From Prasinococcaceae sp. CCMP 1430 (Eukaryota > Plantae > Prasinodermophyta), in contig RQSC01000518.1 in NCBI GenBank assembly GCA_013416795.1, positions 162,533 through 226,532 of the forward strand: a stretch of DNA of 64,000 nt, written 5' to 3'. The position numbers were made by a program, and so were the translations under genes. Shown here in pieces: positions 10,190 to 21,290 of this stretch. A model generated the notes under the pieces. It saw nothing but the letters and a program-made list of their open reading frames with translations. It was not told the DNA's origin and ran no database searches. Positions within the stretch are counted from its first letter, which is position 1, and each line of letters starts with the position of its first letter.

Positions 10190-10892
10190 GAGCGACCGCC
10201 GCGCCGCGCGCCCTGCGCGCCCCGCCCCGGACCAGACGCTCCCGCCCTTTCTATGACCCGTCCCCCGAGGTCCCTCCCCTGCCGCTCGCGCGGGGCCCCG
10301 CCTTGTGGCGCCCCTCCCCGCCCACCCTCCCACTGACACAAGCGCTGGCGCTGGCGCTGGCGCTCCTGCTGCTGCGCTCTGCGCGCGCGCGCGCCGCGCC
10401 CCCAGGCGAGCGGATAAAACCCTTGCGGGCTCGTGCACCTGAGGAGGGTGCCGCGCTCGCCGCACGCGCGGAGTTGCGAACTGATGGTGATGACCGGGCT
10501 GGTCAACCAGAACTGCACCCGCGAGCTCCATTAGGGTTGCGATTGTAAGGGTTTGGATGGCGCCCTCATTTTTCGATCGCGATCGACGTGCGTGCCGATC
10601 GGATCGGGGGGGGGCGGTCGAGGCGCGCGGCGTGCGACACGGTGGCTGAGAGAGGGGCCTCGGGAGTGCGCTCAAGGGCTGCGTCGGTGACCGCGCGCAC
10701 TGTCTCTTCGTCGCTCCCGCGGCGTCGCGCGCGCGCGCGGACGAGAGGCGGCGACGGAGAGCAGCGGCGACGGTCTTGCTCTCGTGCTGGTGGTTTGCTT
10801 TAAATTTTCTGCTACAGTAAGTTCGGTCGTGTGGCATGCGTCTGCGCACACTCAGGGGCTGCGTGCTAGATGATGATGTGATGGCACTCTAT

Positions 10893-12784
10893 CTACTCGT
10901 GGTTCTTGTGTGTATACGCCGTCCCCCTGTAGACGAACGAAGGCGCCTGTGTGGGCGCGCTAGCCCTGAAGGATGGGGGAGGCGTCAAAGTGGTAGGTGA
11001 AGGCACGCCAGCTGACCCCACCAGCTCAGCAGCAGGCACCGAAGGGTCGAGCATGGAAAGGGGAGCCAGTGGTTGTGGGTGGAGGTGGTGCGTCGCCGCT
11101 GTTGAGGGAAGCGTCTGAGGCCAGGCGGTGTGGATGTGGCCATGCACGGTGTTGGTGGTCGGTGACAGCTGCGGCGCGCCGATGGTGGGCGGCGCGCCCG
11201 CTGCAGCGATCGCTACTTGGTGCGGCGGGGCTGCAAGTGATAGGCCGCCATCTCCGAACGAGGCACCTGCGAGTGCCTGATCGAACGTCTGCGGTGGCGA
11301 GTGTCCGTATCGCTGTGGGGAATGGTTGTGCCCGATTGGGGACAAGCTCGGCGGCGTGTGGGCTTGCGCGTGCCCGAACGGCGCATGTGCCGCCACGTGC
11401 AGGCTGGTGCCGCCGAACGGCAGCACGCTGGCGGGTGTCGCCAGCGGTGACACGGGTGGCTTGTGCTGCATCGGCAGTGGTGGTGGTGGCATTTGCGCGA
11501 GCTGCTGGTGGTGGTGTGCCGCCTGCCCCTGCTGCTGGCGCACGGCGGCATGCTGCGCGGCCTGCGCGGCCTGCGCCGCGCGCTGCTGTGCCTGCGTAAT
11601 GGCTTCGGGCGCGATGGGGCTCGGCAAGGGCTCCACTACCGATGTGTTGGTGGGGAGGTGGTTGTGCTGGCCCTCGTAGACGGTGATGATCTGCGCAGGG
11701 TTGTTGGGGTGTCGCTCCATGTGCTTGCGCACGTTGCATCCCGGGTGGGTGCATTTGAAGTAGGAGCGCGGGTACTTGTTGTTCTTCAAAGACTTCTGGC
11801 CGTACTTCCTCCAGCGGTACCCGTCGCGTCCGATCTCGTGCGCGTCGAACGCGGGATGCGCGCCTGCGCGGCCCCCGGAGCTGTGGCCGCTGCTTCCGGG
11901 CGAGGTCGTCGAGTGGTCGCCCTTGCGGGCCTTTTTCGCTGGGGGCTCGCACTCAGTGGCGGTCGCGTCCTCCCCCGCGTTCGCGAGGCGCAGCTGGTCG
12001 TCGGCGGGCGTCCCAGCCGCCGTGGGCGAGACCGATGACTGCTTGCGCGCGCCTTGCGTGGCCTCGGGGGTGGGGGGTGGAGCATCGCTCATCGAGTACA
12101 CCGTGGTGATGGATTGCGCCTCCACGCGCGCGCGCAGCTGCTCCGGCGACGCACTGCTGGGCTCGTGGTTGTGCTTGCCCTCGTAGGTGACGCTCAGCAC
12201 CTCGGTGTCGGACTTCTCGACCTTGCGGCGCGCGGTGCACCCCTTGACGGTGCAGCGATAGTAGCTGCGCATGACCGGAATCTTCTCCGCGCCGTGGATG
12301 GGCTGGCCAAGCGCATCCCTCGGCAGCACGTAGCCGTGCTTCTGCCCGTACTTCCTCCACGAGTAGCCGTCAGTCACTACGATTAAACAGGCAGGTTGTT
12401 GGTGCGCCGTCAGCACTCGCAATAGCGTACGCCGATAGCGAGTGCGGGGGCGACCAAACCGAGCGCGGGCGCTCGCGCCGCACCCCTGAGCTTGAAGCCG
12501 TTGCTGTACACGGACGCGACCGTCCCCTGCCGCCCGATGAGCGTCCCAGCCGGCTGTAGCGTGCCGCCCGACTGCACGGGCTGGAAGTCGGCCGAGGGGC
12601 CTGGCAGCGAGCCAGTTGCGCCCGGAGCGGGCGCATCGGTGGCGGTGGCCCCGGAGCGCCCCTGCGTCACCGGCGTCGCCTGCGTCGCAGCCATGGCTAG
12701 CGCCTGTTGGCGATCAGGGTCGTCCACCAGCTGCATCGCCCGCGCGGGAACGTTTCCGGCGCCCCCCCCGGCGGACGCCATCAC
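10893..12784 (-). CDS. WRKY: Group I (two-domain) WRKY transcription factor; exons 12784-12484 and 12376-10893
   Basis: Two WRKYGQK motifs, each followed by a C-x4-C...H-x-H zinc finger. The GT-AG intron 12483-12377 joins KLR|V-TDGYSWRKYGQK in frame. Confidence 0.93.
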
Positions 12785-13705
12785 GCGCTGTCAGCTGCAC
12801 CAAATGTAGCAGTCGCCACCAGCCCACCCCTGCGGCCGGCGCTGGAGGAGCACAGCACGCGGCGACGCGGCGGCTGCCGGTCTCCGGGAGTTGGAGGCGG
12901 TGCCAGCAAAGCGGTGCGCGCGTGCTATGTGGCACGCCGCGCGCGACATGCCCCCCGCCCGCCCCTCCTGCCCGCAGCAAGAGCCGCTCTCGGGCGCCGG
13001 CGCTCGCGCGCTCGCCGCGCGCGGCCTCCGCGCGTTCGCGNTTGCAAGAGTCCCGCAGAGCGTACCAGGAGCGCGCCCGAGACTGCCAGCCAGCCAACGC
13101 GGTAGGCGGACACACAGGAGGGAGGGGGGGGGCATGCGCGCGCCTGCCGCCGCCACCGAGGACCGCACGCGCCGCCGCGGCCCCGCCGCCTGCGCACACC
13201 CCGGCTTTGTGTCTGCAATTGTGCGCGGCAGGACGTACAGTACCATCATGGCACAGTACTGTGCCATGATGGCACTGTACAGGATACCGTATCGGACAGT
13301 GACCATCGAGACTGACCGGCGCAGAGATCGCAGAGAGGTGCTGACGCCGAGGTCCGCCCATACCCCGGACGTGGCGACCACCCTCGATCGAGCCGGAAGC
13401 GCGGACAATGCTCGAATTGCAGATCGGAATGGGGGCGACGAAAAAAAAGGCAGTGGTCAAATCGTTTGGCATTAATGGGTTGGTCGCCGAGCTGCTTGGC
13501 GCAGCGTGTGTTTCGAGGCACAGCGGCAGCGCTGAATTTTTTTGGCGTGGTGGCGCAGCAGAGAGCCAGAGTGCGCGCCGTCAAGCCGCGGGGCCTCTCC
13601 TCCCACCCGGCCGGCGCCCCGCGGTCGTCGCGCCGGTCGCGCGGTCCCAGCCGGTGCCCACGCGCCGCCGCGGCATCTGGTAGCGCCCCCCAGCCAGCGG
13701 TGGCC

Positions 13706-14806
13706 ATGGCCACCGGCGATTCGGACGGACTCCCGGAGGAGAGGGCTGCCAAGAGGGCGCGCCAGTGGTACTCGTTGTGGAGCGAGGCGTGCGAGAAGGC
13801 GGGCCGGCCCGGCGCGGCGCGCGCGGGCGCCACGCTCGCTGCGCACGACGCAGCGTGCCGCAAGGGAGCGGCGCCCGCGGTCCCAGTCGCGGTGCGCTCG
13901 CCCGGCGGTGCCGTCACGGCCCTGGCGACGCCGGTCGCGGTTGTGGAGGCGAGCGCCGACGCTGGCGCGGTGGCCGTCGCGTCGTGCTGCTTCAACCAGG
14001 CCAACGACCCGTCACACGAGGTGCCGGCGCTGCACGCGGTGCCCGCCACGCACCTGGAGCTCGCGCTGCCACCCCCGAGCCCGCAGTGGGGTGCTTCGCG
14101 CTACTCGGAGGGCACGCTGCTCCTGCGCAACCCATCGAGCGACAGCGAGGTCGCCTTCGCGGCGACGGTCGAGGACGCACACGGAGGGCGCACGCCCGGC
14201 GCGATCGCGGTGCTGTCGCCGCAGGTTGGGCTAGTGCCGTGCTGCGCCACAGGTGCGGGCGTCGCGCCTGCCTTTGTGCCTTTATCATTTTCCCGCACTG
14301 CCCAGGGGGATGTACGAACTGACGGCGACTACTATCCCCCCCCCCCCTCCACACGCACGCACGCTTTCGGCACGCTTTCTTTGCTTCGCGCGGTCTGTGC
14401 CACACGCACGTGCGCGCGCTCTCGACGTTCACGCGTATCGTCGCCAACTCCTCGCACTGCCAACGCAGTCGCTGTGCGCGTGTCGGTCCGGGACGACGCG
14501 TTGCCGCGCGCACCCACGGGCGGGGCGGGCGGCTCGACCAGTGACTCCGCCGCCAGTCCCACGGGTGACACGACGGCCGTCACGCTGCGCGTGCTAAGCG
14601 CCTTCACGCCGAAGGAAGGGGAGCTCGCGGGAGTCGACCGCGGCCACATGGACGCGTTCGACAGGCTTTGGCAGTCGGGCGCGAGGGACGCCGCTGCGCA
14701 CGCGCGCCGACACTCGCTACCGGGAAGCGGCGACGCGGGCGGCAAGGACGCCAAGTACGCGCGCGTCGCGGTCCTGACCTTGCCGCTGCAGGCGCGTGTG
14801 CGCTGA
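13706..14806 (+). CDS. Putative MSP (major sperm protein/VAP-like) domain protein; probable intron around 14253-14470
   Basis: LLLRNPSSDSEVAF...PQVGLVP resembles the MSP-domain pattern; exon structure uncertain. Confidence 0.45.
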   Translation: MATGDSDGLPEERAAKRARQWYSLWSEACEKAGRPGAARAGATLAAHDAACRKGAAPAVPVAVRSPGGAVTALATPVAVVEASADAGAVAVASCCFNQANDPSHEVPALHAVPATHLELALPPPSPQWGASRYSEGTLLLRNPSSDSEVAFAATVEDAHGGRTPGAIAVLSPQVGLVPCCATGAGVAPAFVPLSFSRTAQGDVRTDGDYYPPPPSTRTHAFGTLSLLRAVCATRTCARSRRSRVSSPTPRTANAVAVRVSVRDDALPRAPTGGAGGSTSDSAASPTGDTTAVTLRVLSAFTPKEGELAGVDRGHMDAFDRLWQSGARDAAAHARRHSLPGSGDAGGKDAKYARVAVLTLPLQARVR

Positions 14807-14929
14807 TCGAAGGGGCGACGAGAGCGTTCAAGCACTATATATACAGGTTTACGCCACACGCGATAAGACGACGAGCGGGTTCTCTCTCACCGGGCTAAAC
14901 GCGGTCCATTTAGCCCGAGTGTCAGCTCC

Positions 14930-16957
14930 TCAGTAGCTCGTACCGGTCTTGCGGTGGTGCACAGCCGTGAGCGCGTTCGGCTGGAGGACCTTCCCGTCCG
15001 TCACAGTGGCGTACACCACCCAGTGGTCGCCCGCCTCCATGCGCTTGACCACCTTGCACTCCACCACCGAAGCGGCCTTGGGCAGCACGACGCAGCCGTT
15101 GGCCGCCTCGGTCGTGCCTTCTATGGCCGCGAAGCGGTCCTCACCCGGCGCGAAGGGCTTGCTCATTGCCTTGATGTACTCCATCGCATGCTCCTCGCTG
15201 AGCACGTTGAGGGCAAAGTCCTGGCCCTTGGTGCAGAACGCCTCTACCGCGCGGTCTTTCTTGACGGCCACCGTGAGGCCCGGCGGCACGAAGGTCGCCT
15301 GGCTCACCCAGCTCGCGAGCATGCCGCTGGTGGCCCCGCCGTCCTTCGACTTCGTGGTGAGCACGCACAGCGAGCCCACCACGCGCCCCATCGCGCGCTC
15401 GACGTCACCCACGTTTGCGGCCGACTGCCGCTGCGAGAGCACCTGCTGGCGGTCCTGGCGGATGCGCCTCTTGCGCACCGCCTGGCCCATGTCAGTGCCG
15501 CTCTCCTCGCACACCTGCAGGTCCTTGTCCGCGGGTGTGAACTTGACGCGGATGGGGTCGAACGCCAGCTTGTACCCGCCGTCTCGGAGGCGACGCTCCA
15601 GCTCATCGACGGCCTCGCCCGACCAGCCGAAGGAGCCGAACACGCCGCAGGGCTTCTCGCGCGTCGTCGGATCCGACAGGATTGCACCCAGCGCCTCCTT
15701 GACGGGGGTGGGCATGTGGCCGCCGATCGTCGGGCTGCCAATGGCGAAGGCGTCGCACTCGCTCACAGCGGCCGCCACCTCGGTGCTGCTCATGAACTCG
15801 CAATTGAGACTCTCGACGCCCACGCCGGTCTTGATGGCACCGCGCGCGATGGCCTGCGCGAGCGACGATGTGTTTCCATACGCCGACGCGTAGAGCACCG
15901 CCACGCGGCCGCGCAACGCGTCCGCCGCGCGCCTCTCCGCCCACTTGCCGTAGTCGCGCACGAGCTCTGCCAGGCCGGCGTGCACGACCGGCCCGTGCAT
16001 CGGCGCGATGGTCACAATCTTGGCGGCCGCGGACTCGCCCTCTGCGCCTTCGCTGGACGCGCAGAGGCCGAGGCGCTGCAGCGCAGCCTTGGCCTGCCGC
16101 GCGGCCGGCGCGAGCATGCAGTCGAAGTAGTGACGCCAGTCCTCGCCGAACTCGTCGAACGCCGCGAGGCCATCGTCGGTGGGAGCGTCAGTCGCCACAT
16201 GCGCACTGAAGAACTTCGAGCTGAACAGCGTCCCCGACTGCGTCTCACGCACGCACATAAGGTCGGGCCAGCGCGGCGTCGCAGCGGCGTAGAACTGCAG
16301 CGCCCGCCCGCCGCCGAGGTCCAGCTCGTCGCCCGTCTTGACGCTCTCCAGGACGCACAACTCGAGCGCCTCCGCGTGCAATGACTCCTCGACCGTGCGC
16401 AGCGCCGCAGGGGAGCACAGCACGCGCACGCTGCCGGCCGGAGCACCCGCGTTGCGAAGCGCCGTCAGCACGCCCTCGAGCGTCTGGCACCGCTTGGGGT
16501 CGATGTGCGTCAGCACGATGGCGATGCCCGAACCCCCCTTCGCGATGACATCCACGTCCGCCGCGCCGAGCATCTCGACGAACGCTGCGACGAACGCGCG
16601 GTCGGGCACGTCCACCAGCACCTTGCGCGGCGCAGTGCCCTCGCCCTCGCCGTCGACGACGTAGGCGTTCTCCGTGGTGCCACGCTTGAGGTTGTACTCA
16701 ATCTCAAACTTGAAGCTGTCGCCCGCGCGTCCGCGCACGAGAGACACGCCCGGCGCGATCTCCGCGGCGGTCACGTCCGCCTCTGCCGGCGGGGGCTTCG
16801 ACGGCGGCGGGCCGCCCTGCGGCGGGCCGCCCTTGCCCTGCGCCTGCGCCTGCGCCGCCGGCACGGCGTACGAGCGGTGCGCTGCCGCACCGCGCGCCGC
16901 CCCAGCCCCGGCGGTGCGGTGCGGGCGGCCCGCGGTCGCGCGCCCAAATCGCCACAT
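14930..16957 (-). CDS. flvA: Flavodiiron protein, Flv1/FLVA-type (non-canonical di-iron site), plastid targeted
   Basis: FEIEYNLKRGTTENAY, THIDPKR in place of HTEPDH, RWPD, flavodoxin YASAYGNT..LA, FGSFGWSGEA, C-terminal flavin reductase GDHWVVYA. Confidence 0.9.
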   Translation of the reverse strand: MWRFGRATAGRPHRTAGAGAARGAAAHRSYAVPAAQAQAQGKGGPPQGGPPPSKPPPAEADVTAAEIAPGVSLVRGRAGDSFKFEIEYNLKRGTTENAYVVDGEGEGTAPRKVLVDVPDRAFVAAFVEMLGAADVDVIAKGGSGIAIVLTHIDPKRCQTLEGVLTALRNAGAPAGSVRVLCSPAALRTVEESLHAEALELCVLESVKTGDELDLGGGRALQFYAAATPRWPDLMCVRETQSGTLFSSKFFSAHVATDAPTDDGLAAFDEFGEDWRHYFDCMLAPAARQAKAALQRLGLCASSEGAEGESAAAKIVTIAPMHGPVVHAGLAELVRDYGKWAERRAADALRGRVAVLYASAYGNTSSLAQAIARGAIKTGVGVESLNCEFMSSTEVAAAVSECDAFAIGSPTIGGHMPTPVKEALGAILSDPTTREKPCGVFGSFGWSGEAVDELERRLRDGGYKLAFDPIRVKFTPADKDLQVCEESGTDMGQAVRKRRIRQDRQQVLSQRQSAANVGDVERAMGRVVGSLCVLTTKSKDGGATSGMLASWVSQATFVPPGLTVAVKKDRAVEAFCTKGQDFALNVLSEEHAMEYIKAMSKPFAPGEDRFAAIEGTTEAANGCVVLPKAASVVECKVVKRMEAGDHWVVYATVTDGKVLQPNALTAVHHRKTGTSY

Positions 16958-17595
16958 CACATCAATCAAGCGCCGCGCAACACTCCCCACCCTCGTCGTG
17001 CACCGCCGCACCTCCCCGGCCGGACGGCATTTTCATCCCCAGCCAGATCCAGCCAGAGCGAGACGGACCGACCGATTGATCCATCGATCGGTGGATCTTT
17101 CGATCACTCCCGGCCGGGACGAAATGGGTCCTAGTGTTCATCGTGCACTCCGTCAGTCATTCGCCCAGTCATTCGGTCGGTCCCGCGGCCCCCCGCGGAT
17201 CCGACGCCCGGAGCGCAGATCCAGGAAGGGAACCATGGATTTGTGGATTGCATCAGTCGGTCGGACCACCGCCGCGCGCGCGCCGGCCGGATCCGGATCC
17301 GATCCTAAACCCTATCCGCTCCCGCGCGCGCGCGCGCGCGCGGCGTTCGAGTTGCTATGAGAGCTGCATGCAAGTGTTTGCGGTTTACGCCCCCGGGTGG
17401 CGAGCGCTGGCGCGTGTGGCTGGAAGCTGCTGTGGCGCGGCCCGGGTCCGGCAGGGGATGAACCCGTGCGCGCGCGGGAGCCCGGCGCGAGGTGGGGCTT
17501 GACCGTGGGATGTTTACCAGGGTGGAGCGTGCGTCGAGCAGCGGCAGGGCCAACCAAGGTGATTTCGTTTCGCCGGCGGGCGGCGGGGCGGAGGC

Positions 17596-19458
17596 GTGCG
17601 GGCGCGCCACACGCGCGACGAGCGCGCGCGGGAGCCGGCGGCGACGCAGGGGGCGCGATGGCGGTCGCGTCGGACGGCGCCCCGTGCCGCGGAGGCGGCG
17701 GTGGCCGCGCCGGCGCCGTGCACGGGCACCATCTCCGAGCCGCTGCTGTGGGGCGAGGGCAACAAGCTGCAGACGCAGGTGGTGGAGATAGGCGAGAACA
17801 CCACCGCGATTCGCTGCCTCGACTGGGACCGCGCGCGCTTCGACATCGAGTTCGGCCTGGACAACGGCACGACGTACAACTCCTTCGTCATCAAGGGCGC
17901 GGACAAGATCGCGCTCGTGGACGCGTCGCACGAGAAGTTCGGCACGGACGACCTCTACATGCGCGCGCTTGAGTCGGTGGTCGACCCGGCGGACATCGAC
18001 TACCTCATCTGCTCGCACACCGAGCCCGACCACAGCTTCCTCATTCCGGCAGTGCTCGAGCGCGCACCCAACGCCACCGTGGTGGCCACCAAGGTGGCGC
18101 TCACCTTCCTGGACCAGCAGATCAACGGTGAGTACCCCAAGATGATGGCCAAGCCGGGTGGCAGCCTCGACCTCGGTGGGGGGCACATGCTCCAGTTCAC
18201 GGCGGCGCCCAACCTGCACTGGCCCGACACCATGTTCACCTTCGACGAGAAGACCCAGATCCTGTACACGTGCGATGCCTTCGGCCAGCACCTGTGCACG
18301 GAGGAGACCTTCGACGCCAACCTGCAGGAGATCCTGCCGCACTATCGATTCTACTACGACTGCCTGATGCGCCCCAACGCGCGCTCGGTGGTCACGGCAC
18401 TGCGCAAGAGCAAGGACATGGACTACCTGACCGTGGCCGTGGGCCACGGCCAGCTGCTGCGCCACAACCTGGCCGAGCTCAAGAGCAAGTACGAGACGTG
18501 GTCGGCGGAGGCGCTTGAGAAGGCCGCAGCGAGCGTGTGCGTGCTCTACTGCGCGGACTACGGCTTCTCGGACCGGCTGAGCCAGGCCGTCGCCCGCGGC
18601 ATCACCAAGACGGGCTGTGGCGTGGAGATGCACGACCTCATGAGCACCGAGACGCAGGAGCTCACGGAGGCGATCGCGGGCAGCGCGGGCGTGGTCGTCA
18701 TGGCGCCGCCGCACGACACCGCGGGCGCTGAGGCGCTCGGCACCGTGCTCGCCTCTGTCAACTCCAAGCAGAAGTTCCTCGTGGTAGAGAGTTACGGCGG
18801 CGATGACGAGCCCGTTGACATGATCTCCTCGTCCCTGGCTCAGGCGGGGCTCAGCGTGTCGCTCGACCCCGTCAAGGTGCGCGACGAGCCAACGCAGGCG
18901 ACCTACCAGGAGTGCGAGGAGACCGGCACCGACCTGGGCCAGCTGCTCACCAGCAAGTCGTCCTTGCTGGCGCGCAAGACAGCGATGAGCAATGACGTCG
19001 CAAAGGCCCTCGGCAAGGTGAGCGGCGGGCTGTACGTGGTGACCGCTGCTCAGGGCGACTCGCGCAGCGCCATGATCGCGAGCTGGGTCGCCCAGGCGTC
19101 GTTCGAGCCGCTTGGGCTCACCATCGCCGTCGCCAAGGACCGTGCCATCGAGTCCCTCATGCAGGAGGGCGACGCTTTCGTCCTCAACATGCTGCCGGAG
19201 GGCGACTACGGCGGGACTATGAAGCACTTCCTCAAGCGCTTCCCCCCCGGCGCCGACCGATTCGAGGGCGTGGGCTTCAGGGACGCCGAGTGCGGCTCCC
19301 CGGTGCTCGACGCCGCCAGCGCGCACGTCGAGCTGCGCGTGTCCGACCGCATGGAGACCAGCGACCACTGGATCGTGTACGCGGAGGCGACTGGTGGCGC
19401 CGTCTCCACGACCAAGCCGACCGCCACGCACCGGCGCGCGGTCGCCAGCTACTACTGA
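17596..19458 (+). CDS. flvB: Flavodiiron protein, Flv3/FLVB-type (canonical di-iron site); true start upstream or uncertain
   Basis: IRCLDWDRARFDIEFGLDNGTTYNS, SHTEPDH, NLHWPD, CDAFGQH; flavodoxin and flavin-reductase domains. Confidence 0.92.
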   Translation: MRARHTRDERAREPAATQGARWRSRRTAPRAAEAAVAAPAPCTGTISEPLLWGEGNKLQTQVVEIGENTTAIRCLDWDRARFDIEFGLDNGTTYNSFVIKGADKIALVDASHEKFGTDDLYMRALESVVDPADIDYLICSHTEPDHSFLIPAVLERAPNATVVATKVALTFLDQQINGEYPKMMAKPGGSLDLGGGHMLQFTAAPNLHWPDTMFTFDEKTQILYTCDAFGQHLCTEETFDANLQEILPHYRFYYDCLMRPNARSVVTALRKSKDMDYLTVAVGHGQLLRHNLAELKSKYETWSAEALEKAAASVCVLYCADYGFSDRLSQAVARGITKTGCGVEMHDLMSTETQELTEAIAGSAGVVVMAPPHDTAGAEALGTVLASVNSKQKFLVVESYGGDDEPVDMISSSLAQAGLSVSLDPVKVRDEPTQATYQECEETGTDLGQLLTSKSSLLARKTAMSNDVAKALGKVSGGLYVVTAAQGDSRSAMIASWVAQASFEPLGLTIAVAKDRAIESLMQEGDAFVLNMLPEGDYGGTMKHFLKRFPPGADRFEGVGFRDAECGSPVLDAASAHVELRVSDRMETSDHWIVYAEATGGAVSTTKPTATHRRAVASYY

Positions 19459-19827
19459 GCTGTTTCCGAAGTTGCTTCGAGTGCTTTCACCCCGGGGCCG
19501 CGGCCGCGTTCGACCCCTCTCCCCGCGGGAGCATGCTCCACACGTTTGTAATTGTGATATTATATGAGCTCGCGTGGCATCAGTCGCGAGCGTGCAGGCG
19601 CGAATGGGACTGAGGCTCACGGAGCTGTCCCACGACGGCTCGATTGCGCGATTGAGCGCTCCGCAGGTGACAGCATCAGCTTACTCTGCTTGCCAGCTTG
19701 CTATGGTACACGGGTACATCGTGGGCGCGCGGCGCAACTTGCGCGCGCGTCGCACGCGCGCCGAGGCCAGCGCGTCCGTAGAATGGAGCGGCCACAGCCC
19801 GGCGACCTCTTCGCGTACGCAGGAGGC

Positions 19828-20401
19828 TCACCCCTCGCGCCATCTCGCGCCACACTTGACGCACTTGTAGAAGGTGCTCATTGGCTCGTCCGCAGAGCGG
19901 ATTTGAATCTGCGTTGCGCGTGCGCGCGGGCGCGAGCGCACGCGGCGAGCGCGGCACGCGCGAGGGAAGCATGGTTGGCCGCCATGAGCGCGTCAGCGCT
20001 AGGCGAGTCACGCGTGGCAGGCCCCTCCCCATGGGAGACCCCGCATGGGAGACCCCGCGCCGCGTCGCCCTCACAGCACGCACCTGCATGTAGTACGCCT
20101 CTGTGTGCCCGCAGGTGGGGCACTTGGTGAGCGTCTTGTCGACGTTTTCCCACGCGTCCTCCCCTCCGAGCACGTCGTCCACCTCCTTGCGTCGCAGGGC
20201 GACGTCCTGCGTGAGCGTGCCGCGCAGCGTGTAGCGGTACGTGCACGACGGCGACGTGCACGCGAACTGGAGGTACTGGCCGCTGCCGCCGGCAGTGGCC
20301 GCCGCGGCGCCGGCGGCGCCCCCACCTGCGAAGCCCGACTTGGGCGCGACGACGAGCAGATAGCCGTCGTACGGGCAGAACTGCAGCGGCGCGAGCGTCA
20401 T
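19828..20401 (-). CDS. RPC11: RNA polymerase III subunit C11 (RPC10/RPC11); exons 20401-20084 and 19908-19828
   Basis: FCPYDGYLL, RKEVDDVLGGEDAWENVDKT..CPTCGH..AYYMQ|IQIRSADEPMSTFYKC..C; GT-AG intron in phase 0. Confidence 0.93.
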
Positions 20402-21290
20402 TGCGCCGCGCCGCGCCGCGCCGCGCCGTGACCGCGCAGGGGCGACGCGCTGTGTGGCGCGCAGCCGCCGCGTGCCGCCGCCCCGCCTCGCCTCGCGCAC
20501 GGAAAACGCAAAAAAAAAAAAAAAAGGGTCCCGCTCCCGGCGCACATCACTTTGCATGGCTCCCATACCATATCTAGGGTCTGTATTTCCTTTGCGCGTC
20601 TGACATCTAACATCTAACTTTCGGAAGGCGGCTCGGACTGAGTGTTCGGGTTTGACAACAAACCTAAATTCACCCCAAACCCCAAATGCCCCGTGCGAGT
20701 CCCGTTCCCGGCTGGTGGGCCCTCGCGGAGCCCGTCCGTCCGTCCCGCCCGTCTCGCTCGCGCGGCCGAGGGGCGCGGGCGATTTTGCAGTCGTGTTCTG
20801 GGTTCGCGCCGGGGCGCGCGCGCGGCGCGGCGCGTTGGCCCCCGTCCGTCCGTCCCATTCGCGCCCTGCCGGGCGGCCGCGGGCCGGCGGCGTTGGGGCG
20901 CCCATCAAAACGCACCCGGTCCCGAATCGCGTGCTCTTGGCCACTCGCTGGCTGGTGGCCGCTCGCTGCGCGCGCGCGCGTTTCGCGCGCGGATAAGAAT
21001 TGGTCGCGAGGATTTTCGCGCGCCGGCGGCGCTGTTTGGCGCGCTGGGGGAGAGGTCGGATCGCACAGGGGGAGCGCGCGCGCGAAATCGCGGGGGGAGA
21101 ATTTCGCGCGCGCGCTCAGCGGGAACGCGACCGAAGCGCGGGTGCGGGTGCGCGGCGGCGGCGGCGGCGGCGGCCAGGGCCGCGTGAGCGGCGGAGGAGG
21201 GAGGAGAGGAGGGAAGGAGTCCGAGGGAGCAGGCAGCAGCCACAAAGCACACCAATCGCCGCCGTACCCCACCTCCCCCCGCCGCTCGCC

